From Styela clava (taxonomy: Eukaryota): a stretch of 64,000 bases of DNA. Shown here one piece after another: positions 11,671-25,642 of this stretch (position 1 is its first letter; every line of letters starts with the position of its first letter). The position numbers and the translations under genes were made by a program. Under the pieces are notes generated by a model. It was given only the letters and a program-made list of their open reading frames with translations. It searched no databases and had not been told where the DNA came from. The stretch lies in the NCBI RefSeq assembly GCF_964204865.1, contig NC_135251.1:19282001-19346000 (forward strand). Direction: 5' to 3'.

Positions 11671-14600
11671 TTACGAGCACGTAGACTCCAACTGTTTGTT
11701 TTCACAGCGACAAAATGATAATCCTTTTCGAATTTTTGGTGCGGCAGTGAACAGTATAGGGTTCATCAAGCTGTTTATGGGTATCACTAGCAGACCCACA
11801 GGTAGGTATGCATCACTCGGCATATCGATACCTGCAATAAACGAAAAAATGACCGTGGTAATGATAATTAGTTGTATAAAATTTGTATGAATACATTTTC
11901 AAAATCATTTCAAAATTATTATGATTTAGGTAGCGCCCGGGCTTGAAAATTTTACAAACTAGTTCAAAATATAAATAGTTTCAATACCCGATAGTTGAAG
12001 AATTCCCATGATAGATAATGGTACCCAACACAAGAAATCCGTTGTAATAATAAGGGTAATTTCTCTCTGCATTTTCTCTGATCTCTTTTGTATCATCTGT
12101 TTGCTAACTGCTGCCGACATTTTAGTGGAGTTCCTACAGCAAAATTTGAAAATCATGCTATAGTTTGAAAATATCTTGTAATTTATTGGAAAAAAAAAAA
12201 CTTACAAATAGATCAATATATATCCCAAGAGAATCAGGAAAAAGGAAGCAAAGTTAATGACTATGAAGATAGTTGAATATACCCAAGATATATCAACTGA
12301 GCGTTTTGGAAACAACGTTGGAAGGCATACGGTATGGGTCGAATAGTAACCAAACTTGCGTCCAATGCCGTAGTCGGGATTTAGTCTTTTGAGCATGATC
12401 TCCAATGTTGACCATGAGTTGAAAGGTCTGATAAAACAAAAAAATATTATGGTAACTTCTTTCAAATAGTATGTCGTACTATATTTTGTTTTTCATGAAA
12501 TATTTCTCTAAAATGATCGAAATCTTCAGGTTTCTGTGTACCGTGAGCAATTTACAGCAAGATTTGCTGTTATCGTGCTTTCTCTTTTATACATGCCAAA
12601 TTTAAAATTTTTCACGTTGTGGAAAAATCACAAAGGCGATTTGCATAGCTTCGCAAATTTAAAAAATAGCTGGTCAGGATAGCCGACTGACCACTGTAGA
12701 CAATATAATTTTCACTGAATGATGATAATTATGCTGTCTCGTATAAGTTATTGTCAGACCACCTACGTTATCAGCAGTGGCGGGATTCAATTTTTTTGTC
12801 AGCCGATTCCATCATGAAAATCATATTTTTCGCCCGGTTCTGTTACAAAAAGTCATTGACAATAACCAGTAATGCTAACCGGTTCGCCGATCTCATAAAA
12901 TTCTGTGAGACGGTTCTATAGAACCGTTCTCTAGTGTTCGGAAGTTTATATATATATGGTAAAAAACGCATTATCATACAACTCATCATTATCTGTTGTA
13001 ATTTGTGTCATTGAAAGCCATTTGTTTATTTCTTCCACCTCATTCTTGTTGATAGTTGCAAAGAGAGGATGGTCTTCTATCCTAAAATGATAAAGCGAAA
13101 AATTTTACGTATGCGATGTACATGATGCTAGCGATTAGTAGATTTCAACGTTGCACCGTTATTTATATTCTGCTAGTTGCTATTGAAAAAAATCCTCTTG
13201 GATGAGGTAAATAGTTAGTAGGGCCTATGCAACATAAAACTAAAGTATATATAATATTCTCAATTCTTGTATTAAAAGTCGATTGTCCGTATTTTGCGTT
13301 TAGTTATATCCTTTTTAAATTGCTAGGAATTATTTCTATCTATTTTTAGGCATACACCAATGGAAATGAAAGTTGTTTTTCCGATGCAGTAGTGAAAATA
13401 GAACGAGATAGCGATAAATGACAGCCGACTTATCGATCTAGAGACGCGTATTCAACAGGGCTGCCATTTTAGATGTTTTATAGCTAGATCTAGATGTTAT
13501 TTTTTTCGAGATCTAGATGTAAAATTTGGAGTCTAGTCTAGATGTTAGCTATAAAATCCAAATATTTTTTTTTCAACGTTCCTAATTTTATCCGGTGGGA
13601 AATAAATAAAGCGATGTGTATAATACTGTAATATGTGAATGAATATAATTTCATTACTTAGAAGTAAGTTAAATATATTGATGTAAGATTGATAAAACTC
13701 ATTTATATTTTAATTATCTACCGGTACCATGTGTAATAAAAATTATTCGAATAACGAATTAAACATGTTTAGAACAAGTGACGTTTTAAATAAATAGAAA
13801 GAACGACGCTGGCCCGATGACAGGATGAGTCAGTGCTTAGTGCTGTATTGTTGCCAAGTGGCGAGAATAATTTGTGTAGTTCAAGTTGCTTACTCCAAGA
13901 TTTTAAAATTATAAAGTTATTAAGTACTATTAAATTTGTCGTTCTTTACTTCTTAGTGCTACGAACGATGCAAATAATAAACTGAAAAACAGCATGAATA
14001 CAGATTTACTGAATGCAATACTGGTTATTAAAGTTGACCTGATTCGAACAGAACAATGAACTTGCACTTCTTTGCAACAGTTGCTGGTTCGGTTGTCAAG
14101 AGAATATGTACAGCAAAAACTTGAACAGATGTTAGCTTTTTGAACATATAATATTATGTAATATATATAATAAACTTTGTATGCTCTTGTTTCGTTGATT
14201 TTCATTAAATTTAAAGACTTCAAATCTAGATGTGTTTTCTAGATGTTTTATTTTTCAATCTAGATGTTTGTAAATGTTTTTCGAGGTCAATCTAGCTAGA
14301 TGTTTTAAGTCAGGCAAAAGTGGGAGCCTTGGTATTCATCGCTTTGACTCAATAGCGACACCACGTGTCTCATCACTAATTAATTAACTCGCCAAGTATA
14401 CGAAAGTGTCTAACAGACAAACAAACAGACAGACAAACAAATACCTATCAACATATTTACCAATGAAGATCGATAAGTACTGAAGAATTAACTGCAGTGA
14501 AAATGAATTTATCAAGTTGTTATTGTACACCATTTTCAAACACGCTATTAAGACGCGTAAATAAATCTGATACTTACCAGACACTATCCACAAAGTAGTC

Positions 14601-17600
14601 GTTGGCAGCAGGCAGAAGAGGAGCTGCGGCGAGACTTACAGCAAGGATCCACGAACAAAAGATAATGCGTCGAATAGATCGCAGACTAACCTCTTCGAAC
14701 GGACTAAAAGATAAGGAATAGATAAATTGATTTTGCCAACTTGGCAGGACTGTGTAATTGCGTATATATAAATCTGATGATACCATTGTCAATGAATATA
14801 TATCCTTACTCCTTACTATAACAAACAAGTATGATTAGATCGGTAAGTATGTTGATAGGTATTTGTTTATTTGTCTGTTAGACACTTTCGTATGTTACGC
14901 GATATCGCACGAAAGCTAAGTTGAATCTGCTTTTGCATGTGCATTGATCATATCACGGACCAGAAGCCTATTGATTTTAGATGAATTATATCGTATAATT
15001 AGCGAGTTATTATTTGATTAGTGATGAGACACGCGATGTCGCTATTGAGCGAAGAAATGAACATCCGGAAGATCAATAAGTCAGCGGTTTCCGATTGATG
15101 TCTAGTTGCCAAGTTGTTGACAACCTCATAAGATTCTGTTTACTATGAAATCGGGTAGGTGTAATAGATTCAAAAGTTTGATAATACTAGCAATGCAGAT
15201 TGTAAGCATTGCATTTCGGAGGCAAGTAGAAATGTACATAACATGGATGAGCATATACATTTTGGTTTGTTCTTTTAACCTGCTTTAAACAGAAACTAGT
15301 TTTGTAGTATATATATATAGCCGCAGAGATCTCGTAAAAATAAAACACCAATTCGCATAAACTCATACCGCAGAATTGAGTAAGCTCTAAATCCGGAAAG
15401 AATTGTTAGTGTAAACACAGACGACTCCGATCCAGCCAATAGAAGAAATCCAATCATCGCACATGTATTTCCACTTCGCCACTGTGAATCTTCTTTGCAA
15501 TAATTACCTCGCATTGTTATGGCTTTTATGCAGATGGCGGATGTGTATATCTGAATAATATCTACTTGTAACATTATGATCCCTTGCGTTCATTAATAGA
15601 TAGGTATATATATATATATTAAAAATAAATTACCCCTACAATCAAATCGGAAACGGACAGATTGCAAATAAGAAGCTTGTTGATGAATACAGATTTTGAC
15701 GATTGTTTTTTTCTTAAATCGTATGCCGAAGTTATGATTACAATCAGATTTCCAGCTAAGGTGCCAAGGCCTGAAATAAGAGGTAAATATTTGTTATCAT
15801 TTTCAATAACACTGTGTAAAAAGGGATGGCATGGTATATTATATGGCAGTCCTTGGACAATATTTTCTCCCAGTACAAAATTACACGCACTATGGATGAT
15901 CCGGAAGTCTTGACATTTCTGTATAAACGTTGATCAACTGTAAATTCAAATGGCGATTGCTACCCTATAATTATCCCTACATCTAATTACTTTATTGTCC
16001 AAACAATTTAGAATATGTTTCGTCTTTTATCCTCAATATATATATTTTTAAACGTGCATATTTAAATAACTTGTTTCACGCTAGCTTTGCATTTCAAACA
16101 TATTCGCAGATCGGATTACTGTTGAAAAAAAATTAGTTTGTATACTCACTGGTTATGCAAATGAGCACTAAAAAAGCATTGTTTTTGATCAAGGAGTGTA
16201 TATCAGAAAATGCACTTTGGATACATTCATCAAGACATTCATCCTTCCCGCTTTGGCAGTTTTGACTACCATCACAGAGCTGTAAAATTAATTGATATTT
16301 GCTGTAATTATTCAGTGTTTAATAATTTTTTAATCCGTAAAATTTGAGGATTATCGGAATCTAACTTCTGTTAATATTTTGACTATATAAAGATGTTATC
16401 TAGCAATTGTATTATTACTCTATATCAGCGTTTCCCAAACTGTGTTCCGCGGAACACTAGTGTTCCGCGAGAATCTTCGAGGTGTTCCGTGGATAAGGAA
16501 TAAAAAATACGTCTGAAATGGTCGCCACGGCGATCTCTGAAACGTGAAGTTGTTGCCCGACTGACCATTCGATATCGCGTCACCGTCGGCCTAAAGTGGA
16601 CTAACTAGGTTGGGGTAGTTGAATTTTTATTAACCATCGGCCTATCTTGTTGACTGTTCGTTATCAAGTTTACAACAATTCTTTTGGTTTTGCTATAGGC
16701 AAACATGAAGGTCTAAATCTAAAGAGTGAGAGCAAAAGTCTAACTTCTTTTCCTTCATATCTTTTACTTTGAAATGCTGGAAAAATTAGATATTTTTGCT
16801 AAGCTCTATTCAGTAGAATATAAACTGCAGGTCTGCAGCTGGTAACATTTATAATAAAAGCAATATGTAAAATATTCAATCATATTTTAGGTATGTTTAA
16901 CACAATTCTGTTAGTTTTCGCGGCGCATTTGGCAACTCGCCAAGAGAACGCATTGGGAACCGCTACATCACACCGTTTTTCTTTATCAATTTTACCGTTT
17001 CATTTTTTGGTGTTCCGCGAAGCGAGATAAAAAGTGTAAGTGTTCCGTCGCCAAAAAAGTTTGGGAAACGCTGCTCTATATCATGTCATAGCTTAACTTC
17101 TTACTCACTTGAGAAAATGGGAATAAAAGTAATTGTAAATTTCAGACTAACTTTAAATTAAATTTCGCGAATAGACTTACCTCGGTTCTGGAAATAAATT
17201 TAGTGGTGCCTTCATCGTTGCAATAGAAATGGGTTTTGTTTTCACAGTCCATTTCGTCACTAGAATCGTCACAATCCTGAATATAAAAACATATTGAGAT
17301 GGATTATGTTTTGGTGATTTTGCCTTTGATTCGTCGATTTATTTGGCCAATAATAAACGAATTGAATTAATCTCATCTCCCGTTTAGCAATATCGTTCCC
17401 TTCCATGTTCTACTCACCTGCGGAACCGATGATATCACCACAGGAGATTTAACCCGGGGGTGGGCAAGGTTTATGGACCAGGGGCCAAAAACTTCGTATA
17501 CCTGACTGGCGGGCCATGAAAGCGTGGCGTAAAATGAACAATATTTACAGTGTATACGAAAGCAAAAGTGGGAAACAATAAATTCGAGTCAAAACTTAAT

Positions 17601-20600
17601 TTTTTCGCAATCTCAACAAATTCTTTGAGCTATTTTTTTAACTGAAACATCAAAATTTGGTTTTAGTTCGTTTTTGGTAGCATCAGGCGGGCCAGATTGA
17701 ATTACCCAGCAGACCGGATTTAGCCCGCGGGCCGTAGTTTGCCCATGTCAGATTAGCCCATGTCGACGCAAAAAGAATGTTTTTGTATCGAGTTGATTAA
17801 ATGCGAATACTTGTTATAAATACACGAGATAGTTTGGAGGTGATATAGAGAGTACACGTGTCGAGTAAAAGTTTACATTTCAGTAGGGCTATGAACAATT
17901 AACATTTTCTGCAACGTATCAAAATTCAATCAGACGACTAGTTTAGAGCAATATAGTTTACATTTGACTTCGTTTCATCGCATGATCTGGTTGGGGCGCC
18001 GGGAATAATCGTGCATCTGTCGCAAATTAGGAATGTTATATGTTCAACACTAACGCATGCAATTTCGCTCATAGCAATATAATCATTTGAATAAAAAGAA
18101 AGGAAAGTGAGCATTTTATCGAAAGTATTGTCTGAGATCTACAGAATAAGGGTTGGTCTAAATATATTACAAATTGACGTAAACATTGACTTACCTTTTG
18201 TAAATTGCAGACTTTATCCTCGTGTACATTTATAGGTGAGCCACTGTTACAATAAAACCTGCGATGCGTAGAATTTTGCGAATCATTTTTACATAAAATA
18301 TTTGTTATGGTTCTCAAAATAGAAAATAACTGTGGAAAATTTCTACTGGAGTCTAACGGATTATTGGTGATAAATTTGATCATAGGAACATGACAATTTT
18401 GAAATCTTATCCAAATGTTTGCAAAACTTTAAAATTCTGAGTGTCAGTTTTATATTTAATTATAACCCAACCTATATTGAATATTCCAGCTATTCAAGAT
18501 GAAAATTTGTAAGAAGCGCATGTATATATATATATATATTATTTATTCAGCATATTGCAAATTATAAGTAGTCAGTTGAAATTTATTTGGTTAATTAAAG
18601 ATAATACTATTTTTGATATAAATTGTCCTGATGTCGAGCAGCAACAATTGTGTAAAAACCTAGCATAAATTACGTAACCAAAGCTAAACAATTATAATTT
18701 ATTTAATTACTTTCGTGGGCAATCAATCTCTTCTTCTCCGTTTTCACAGTCTGGTTTTCCATCACATATTTTGCTACCAGATAATCGTATTTTATCTGAT
18801 GAACATGCATATAAGTTTCGTCTGTGAAGAGTACATTATAGTATTATAAATTGTCGCTTGTATTTGCGTTTCGGTTTTTCGTTTCTCATCCATGAAATAT
18901 GCTTCTCCATGATATAACGCGAAGCAGTGCTTAGCAATTAGTTTATTGTTTCGTGCTTTACTCATTTTATTATATATACTTTGGTATTATCAGATTTGTG
19001 TAAAAATATAAGTAAAAAATAAAATGTTTAAATTCAATAAAAAGATATACAATGCGTCATAATTTTTGCAAAACTTCTGTGAAGGACACGCATTGCATTC
19101 CTCTTGAACGAAATTTTCGCATTCAATGATTCCATCACAACGTGTCGCATATTTTCCTAGAAATGCAATTTTTTTTTAAATTAATACAAAATATATTCAG
19201 GCAATCGCTCAATGGAGCATTAAGGTGCATATAGAGTATTTCTCTGAACTACCTTCCTCCCCACGAAATAGAATATAATGATTTGATGGCGAGAATGGGG
19301 ATTCACTGTCTACGAATACCTTTTCATTCCAGCTATTAGGCCCGATAGAAGTCGCTCGTTTAAAATTTATACGCTCTGTATCGTAATTCTGCATCCTCTG
19401 TGACATGGTATAACAATTGAAGAAAAAGAAAAAAAAAACACAAAGACTTCACTTCGCTATCAACATAACATGAGCATTTAATGTGTAAAACGACGTATCG
19501 TATCATTGAAGACATTCCTTTGAAACCATGTAAGTATTTATATCATAAAAGCCTCTAGTTTAAAAAACTATTCTATTCTCTTTATTGATGTCAATTCTTG
19601 CTCGCTTACTGGTTTTTGATTTTGCACCCAAGTAACGACGCGAAAACATTGTGGCGTTGGCGAGACCCCATCTTAAATTTTGCCTATCCTTCCTTGATAT
19701 GAGGCAAGACATTACAAAGTCAATTCATCAAAAAAAGCAAACCGATTCCAAAATAAACACACACATGGATATCAATTAAATATTTTTTAGAAAATCATTT
19801 AATATGCAGTCTGTTTTATTGTAAACGAAACGTACTTTGCATAAAAATGTTCGATCCACAAATGTGCTTGCATTTTCCTTCACCAGAGCGTTCATTTGAA
19901 TTAGGCCATCCTGTAAGAAAAATAAAATGAGTTATTTCAAGTGATGGTGCGCGATTTGAGGGGTTGAGTATTATATATGCATTATTCTATGTCATCTCAC
20001 GTGAAACCTGCGAGAAACTTACGAACAGTATCATTTGTTATGCACATCATACGATAATGATCAAATATATGAACACGAAAGTCTCTTATTTGTGCCGATA
20101 AAGTAAGTACTGGAAACATCGAGATTGCTGATGAAATACCAAGCGGGTCGAGCAATACGGACACGGTTTGGCATACGGGATAAAAAGTGTAAAACAGCAA
20201 AATAGCCTTCAAGCTACGTCCTCCATATTTAATGGCTGCAAATTTTTTATTCAATTTATCAATTGATTGCGGAAAAAAGCGCATTATTAAACATGGATAA
20301 AAAAAAATGTTGCATGTTCCGGTGATTTTTTTGATGTATTTTGCATGTTTTAGCTTGATAAATGACAGATAATGATAAATTGTTTGCACAATAAAGTGTT
20401 TGTTACGTATTGCCTTATTGTGGCCCGCGAACAATGCAAAAATAAGTTTGTGGCCCGCGAAGGCGACAACCTTGGACCACCCTGGTCTAGATCTAGACCA
20501 GTGGTTCTCAACCTTTTTTAGTTCATTTCCTATTTCCGTTGACTATAAATTCCGTGGTCCATTAACTTTTTCATGCAATGTAAAAACTAGAAAAAAAATC

Positions 20601-23600
20601 ATTTTTTCGAAAAAAAAGGTGCTTTCACTTTAATAATTACAAGGAAAAACAACATCATCATTCATTGCTACTGCAATTAAAATTTGACTATATTGACAAA
20701 AATGAAACTAAACTTTCCAATAACCATACCAACTTTTGATAGGTTTGTGGCCCACCTCAAAATGTTTCTGGGCCCGCTAGTTGAGAACCGAAGGTCTAGT
20801 CTAAACCAAACTCTTGAGAGATTCGATCATCGGTATATGCTTTATTTATGTGTCAAAAATCTGTATGAAATTAGTGAGAACTTTGGCTTTTGCAAGTTAA
20901 CCAACGGCTTTTTTGCTTTTCGCTACTGTAATCTATTTCTATGTAAAAAATTTACCTGAACAGCGCTTTTTGCAATAATTTTCGTCAATCGATTCATGGC
21001 AGTCAGAACTAAAAAAATTATTAAATTATAATAACAACCATAAATTTGAGCACTGAACAATGAATCAGAATACACCTACATTCCGTTGCAAATTATAGTA
21101 TTGTTGTGATCTTCTGTCGAATTACAGGAAATATATTGTCTTGGGGTAGCACCCTCTCCTATAAATATTATCACACAAATATTGAGGTATCGAGAGATAG
21201 ATATTGAGTATCGAAAGAGGGGGAGCAATGCATAAATATATGGACACAAAAGCCCAAACGAGGTAGTGCCGGTATGCAGTCTATCACAGTAGACTACCGG
21301 TATCTCAATCTTCGCGACTACGCCTAACCACCAGTTCGCGAAAGCGAAACTGCCACAGGGTGCGCAATTTTAAATTCAATTAATATTTTTCAATTCAAGT
21401 ATTACACTTCTCTTTTAATAATCTCAAGATCATTGCAAAATATCTACTAGTATTGAATTGGGAAAATATGCATAATTACCAAACGTGCTTTCCAATAAAA
21501 AGTAAATTTGAATAACATATAGCGTTTCCGGGGTAAATCACGAATTAGATAGTTGTACAAATTAAAATAACCTTACCCATTTGCAAAGCATCATCTTACC
21601 CCAACGAATAATTTTACAAACATCCAAAATTCCTATTCTTTTACATAAACATTCATCAGATAAATCTTTGCAATCTATAACGTCATCGCAGAGTTTGCCA
21701 TATGGTATTACGTCCCTTGTTTTTAAACACCGAAAACATTTTTTTGTCAAAAACACTGTAAAAATATTATACAAATTGTAACAATATATATATATTGCTA
21801 ATATGAATAGAAATAAAACGAAAACAGAATTACAAAATCTTGTCAGAATATACGTATTTAAACTGTTCACATTTAAAGAGTGTTTATGTCATATTTTGCC
21901 ACCAAGAAACATAAGTCTAAATTATTGCCATACTGATTTATTGTGGCAAATAGTACCAGATCTGATTCTATTTTGGTAATATAAGAAAAACTATTTTGAA
22001 TAATTAAATTTAATAATTACTTTCTGTTGTTACTTCTTTCACATCACAAAAACATTCGTCGATTCCTTGAAATTTAGAAAAAATTATCAATAAAATGAAT
22101 GGAATTTAAAACTCGGCAGAATGCTATATGTTAATAAAGTTAAAGCATTTTATACCGCGTTTGCATGTCAATAATGTAATTTATACTGTGTTACATGATT
22201 TTAATTTATGTTCCGAGCTTAAGATATCAGCCAGTGAGACGATTTAAAAGATCTGACATGTAATTGAATAAATTGCATATGAACTTTTTGCATACCATAA
22301 TTTATCATATATATATTTTTTTATTTCAATTTATATTCTTTACTTCAATTGCAATCTAATTTTACCTTATTATTTATTGCCAAATGGCACATATAATTAT
22401 ATATATATCATTAACCTTCTAAACAATGCGAATGATTGTCGCAAACAAATTCTGCAGGCAATGGGCATTTCCTATTCATTTGTCTTACATCCAACCCGTC
22501 ACAAAGTAAATCACCATCCTGTTTCTTCCGTAGTGGATATCCTTGGTCAGCTAGCACATCCAATACTAGATCCCTTAAAATAAAATTAATCTCTTAAAGT
22601 CATATCGAGGCATAGTATTAAATAAATATTCCATTAGGCACGAGGTCAGCTGGAGTTACGCTTCACTCAAGATTTCTTTTTTATTTGTGCCTGATGTGCT
22701 TCATCAAGCAAGGATAACGTACATAACAAAATCGAAACGACTAGTTAAAATTTAGAGGTATGATAGTCTCGTATTAAACTTGCCTATGAAAAAAAATGTA
22801 TTTTTGCTCCCCATCTGTGGAAGTACCAATTTGGTCACATAAAACGTCAGATTTTAATATGTGAAATGATATATCTGACACATCATATTTTTACGTGAAA
22901 TATATCCGTCCATTTAATACTATATTCATTCAAATTGTTTATCATTCAAAAGCAAGTTTTGTATGAGTGGTATCTTAAAATACATTTGATGCAGATGTAA
23001 CCGGTTATAACACCTGAAAAGGAACAATGCCGGTTTAAAAGTCGATTTAACACGTTTAGATATGAACTACTCACGCGCACATATCCATGTGTTCGCAGAA
23101 ATCCTCTTTTTTACAATGGAAAAAGGGCTTCCAACAAGGCACTTCATCATTTCTACAAAGAGGGTCTGAAAACGTATTTCGTTCTATTTATTGCTATAAT
23201 AAGTGGAATACTTTAATTTGTAAAATTTAGTTTTGTTTTATGATTTTGCAATCTATACTTTACTCATGTAATACTATACTTTTTTGGCAACATTGTTCCA
23301 CGTTCCCTGCTATTTTTATGATTATGCTATCATTTTATTATTTGTTTGAATTCATTTACAAGTATGTAGACGCGACTGACATTTCAGCAATAGAGCTTAC
23401 CCGGGTATTAAGCCTAGGCAAAATGTTCAAGGCAGTAAATAAAGTTTGCTATATTAGTGCTATTTGAAATATTATTGAAGTCAGCTAATGGACTTCTGAG
23501 GACATCCGTAATACGTCAAAATTTGAAGGGTATTTAATTAGTGTTCAAGAATACTAAATTGCACTAGTCATTTGAAAATTATTGGAGTCGTGCTTACCTG

Positions 23601-25642
23601 CAGAAGACCAGAAACAAGTAGTAGCGCCAGAAGAAAAAAAGTTTCATTTTATATTTTGCACTGCATGTGCTATATGGAACGGAAAAACTTTTATTAAAAA
23701 ATGGCCAAGTGATCCTTACCTTTTTCGCAAAGATGTGATGCTTTGTGGGTTTGTTTTTCCGGAAGATAGCAAACAGCTTTTTGTTTGGAACGACACACTG
23801 CTGCTGTCTCAGGTCTCAGTGGAATATTTTCAAAGTTGAGGTAATGCTTTTCACTTTTATCACTAAGTTGATAGTGAAAGATTGAATGTGAATGTTATTC
23901 AATACTCAATGAAATTACACGCCGTCTTCAAATAATATGAAATAATTGAACCAAATGTTTCAGCCTAATTCACAACAGTGGGTGGTCCTCCGAAGGCCCA
24001 TGTAGAGATTTTAGAGGACCCAGAATCATTGCATGTATAGTATAATTTATTCAGCGTGGTGATTGAAATTAAGTATAAAAACAACATTTCCATCTATAAA
24101 TCAGACTATGGGGTAATACAAGATTTTACCAATTTGAATGAATATGTTTTATTCAACTTTGGCATTTGATTGAAATAAAGAAGATGACTGAGTAACTTAT
24201 CTATGAGGGAAGTTTGTCATAGAGCAACTTTATGTCATTCTCCAATTTCAAGTTACAGTGGTCAGTGATCTCAACACAGTGGATTTGATTTTGCCGATAA
24301 CGCGAACAAATCTAATATAAATATGTTCAAGTTAGTAACATGACATCAAGCTATATATTTTCAACTTACATGCAATAATTTTCACGTACTACCCGAGGAC
24401 AAAATTCTTCAGCTGGTACACATGCAGACCCGTCATTGCATGCAAATTCATCATCACTACAGCTCACGTCTTTGATGTAAAAAATGAAATAAATTATTGA
24501 AGAACAGTTATCAGATATTATCACTCTATCATAATTACGTAAAATTTTACTTTTTCGACATAAAGCATCTTGCATGTTTTTCAGACTTTCGGGTAGCATG
24601 CATACACGATTACTTTGACGACAAGGGATTCCAGTTTGATTATATTTGTTGTTACGTTGAATCTCATCACTTCCATCTCTGAAAATTAGCTTTTATCACA
24701 TTTGCTGGCATCAGATAATGCCGCCATAAAAATATTTGCACCAAAGACAAATTTTTTCATCTTTAGCAACTCTCACAAATGCTAGAACTATTGGTGAGTT
24801 ATATTTCTGAAAAGTTGATATTTGCGCAATTGAGGTTACTCATAAACTATAGCACTGAAGGAGTTTTTTTGTTTACATTCTTCTTGGACAGCATTTTTTT
24901 TTTCTAGGAGTTTAAGTTATGATAAATCCTCTACCTCAAAGCTATTTCTTTCATCATATTGATTTAATCTAAAACTCTTAATATTCACTAATAAGGTTAT
25001 GACCGGACGCAATCTCAATTATTGTGTAAAAAGGCTTGAAAGTTTAAAGCGAATCGCATAAAAAAAACACTCAAGTTTTCTCTAGCATGCTAAAGAACTA
25101 TTTCTTCATGTTATGGTGCAACAATACTATATATATATCAGTCAAAATATTATACCAACTGCATATTATAACAACAAGTTTAAACCCTATAATAGTCGAG
25201 AATCAAAGTCGCTCTGTATGGTCCTATGTGGGAAATGTATTCTGAAATTTCTTTTGCTCAATTTTACAACACTAACTAGCAAACTTTAATAAACGTATAA
25301 ATGAAATCGATTTTTTCTGAATAAAATTGAATAATCGAGAAACATTGAGGTAATTGGAAAATATTCCGTTTATACAAAGAAATTGTGTCAATCACTTTAT
25401 TTATTTAAACATTATCGTGAGTTAGTTAATTTTGATAATATTCAAGCATCACACCACTTTCGATTACCTAAAGTCGTGTTTTATCTAATCAGGATTTTTT
25501 TTTATATAGAACCGATTGCATGAATAAATAAAATAATGACTTTTATCAACTCACGCGCAATCCACTTGACCGTCACAGAATTGATGATAAAGTATGCAAC
25601 GGGAATTATCAGGACAAAGGAGAAAAAACGATGCAACACAAT
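11671..25642 (-). CDS. LDL-receptor class A repeat GPCR (GRL101/RXFP-related 7TM, no LRRs); 5' end unresolved (probably 26.1-27.6 kb)
   Basis: Phase-consistent exons: 25555-25642, 24551-24678, 24370-24469, (small unresolved exon), 23075-23165, 22416-22573, 22021-22065, 21600-21755, 21080-21158, 20956-21008, 19836-19910, 19051-19156, 18711-18821, 18195-18258, 17181-17276, 16150-16279, 15634-15770, 15369-15550, 14578-14703, 12980-13081, 12206-12427, 11988-12133, 11671-11831. About 8 full LDLa-like repeats (e.g. CDGQVDCADGSDE, CDDVIDCKDLSDE). LGR-type TM motifs: GNLIVI, NLSVSDLIVG, WRSGNTCAMIGFL..SESSVFTL, GYYS..VCLP, TDFLCWVP, PINSLMNPILF. Confidence 0.85.
13420..14480 (-). mobile_element. DINE-1/HINE-like non-autonomous element (family 1), interrupted by a hAT MITE
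   Basis: Subterminal inverted motifs ACTTATCGATC/GATCGATAAGT and a (GTCT/GTTT)n microsatellite; same family at 14826-15095, 48738-50060 and 57121-57270. Confidence 0.55.
13456..14331. mobile_element. hAT-type non-autonomous DNA transposon
   Basis: Termini CAGGGCTGCCA ... TGGGAGCCTTG, many subterminal TCTAGATG repeats, TSD GTATTCAA/GTATTCAT. Confidence 0.7.
14826..15095 (+). mobile_element. DINE-1/HINE-like element (family 1)
   Basis: GATCGGTAAGTATGTTGATAGGTATTTGT...GTCTGTTAGACACTTTCGTA is the reverse complement of 14395-14465. Confidence 0.55.
16426..17073. mobile_element. hAT (Charlie/Buster-like) MITE
   Basis: TIR CAGCGTTTCCCAAACT ... AGTTTGGGAAACGCTG, perfect TSD CTCTATAT, subterminal GTGTTCCG repeats. 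Confidence 0.9.
17454..17751. mobile_element. Degenerate hAT MITE
   Basis: GGGGTGGGCAA ... TTGCCCATGTC termini and subterminal GGGCC motifs. Confidence 0.6.
20499..20793. mobile_element. hAT MITE next to the end of another MITE (ends 20484)
   Basis: CAGTGGTTCTCAAC ... GTTGAGAACCGAAG; flanks ATCTAGAC/GTCTAGTC match the NTCTAGAN target preference. Confidence 0.65.
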
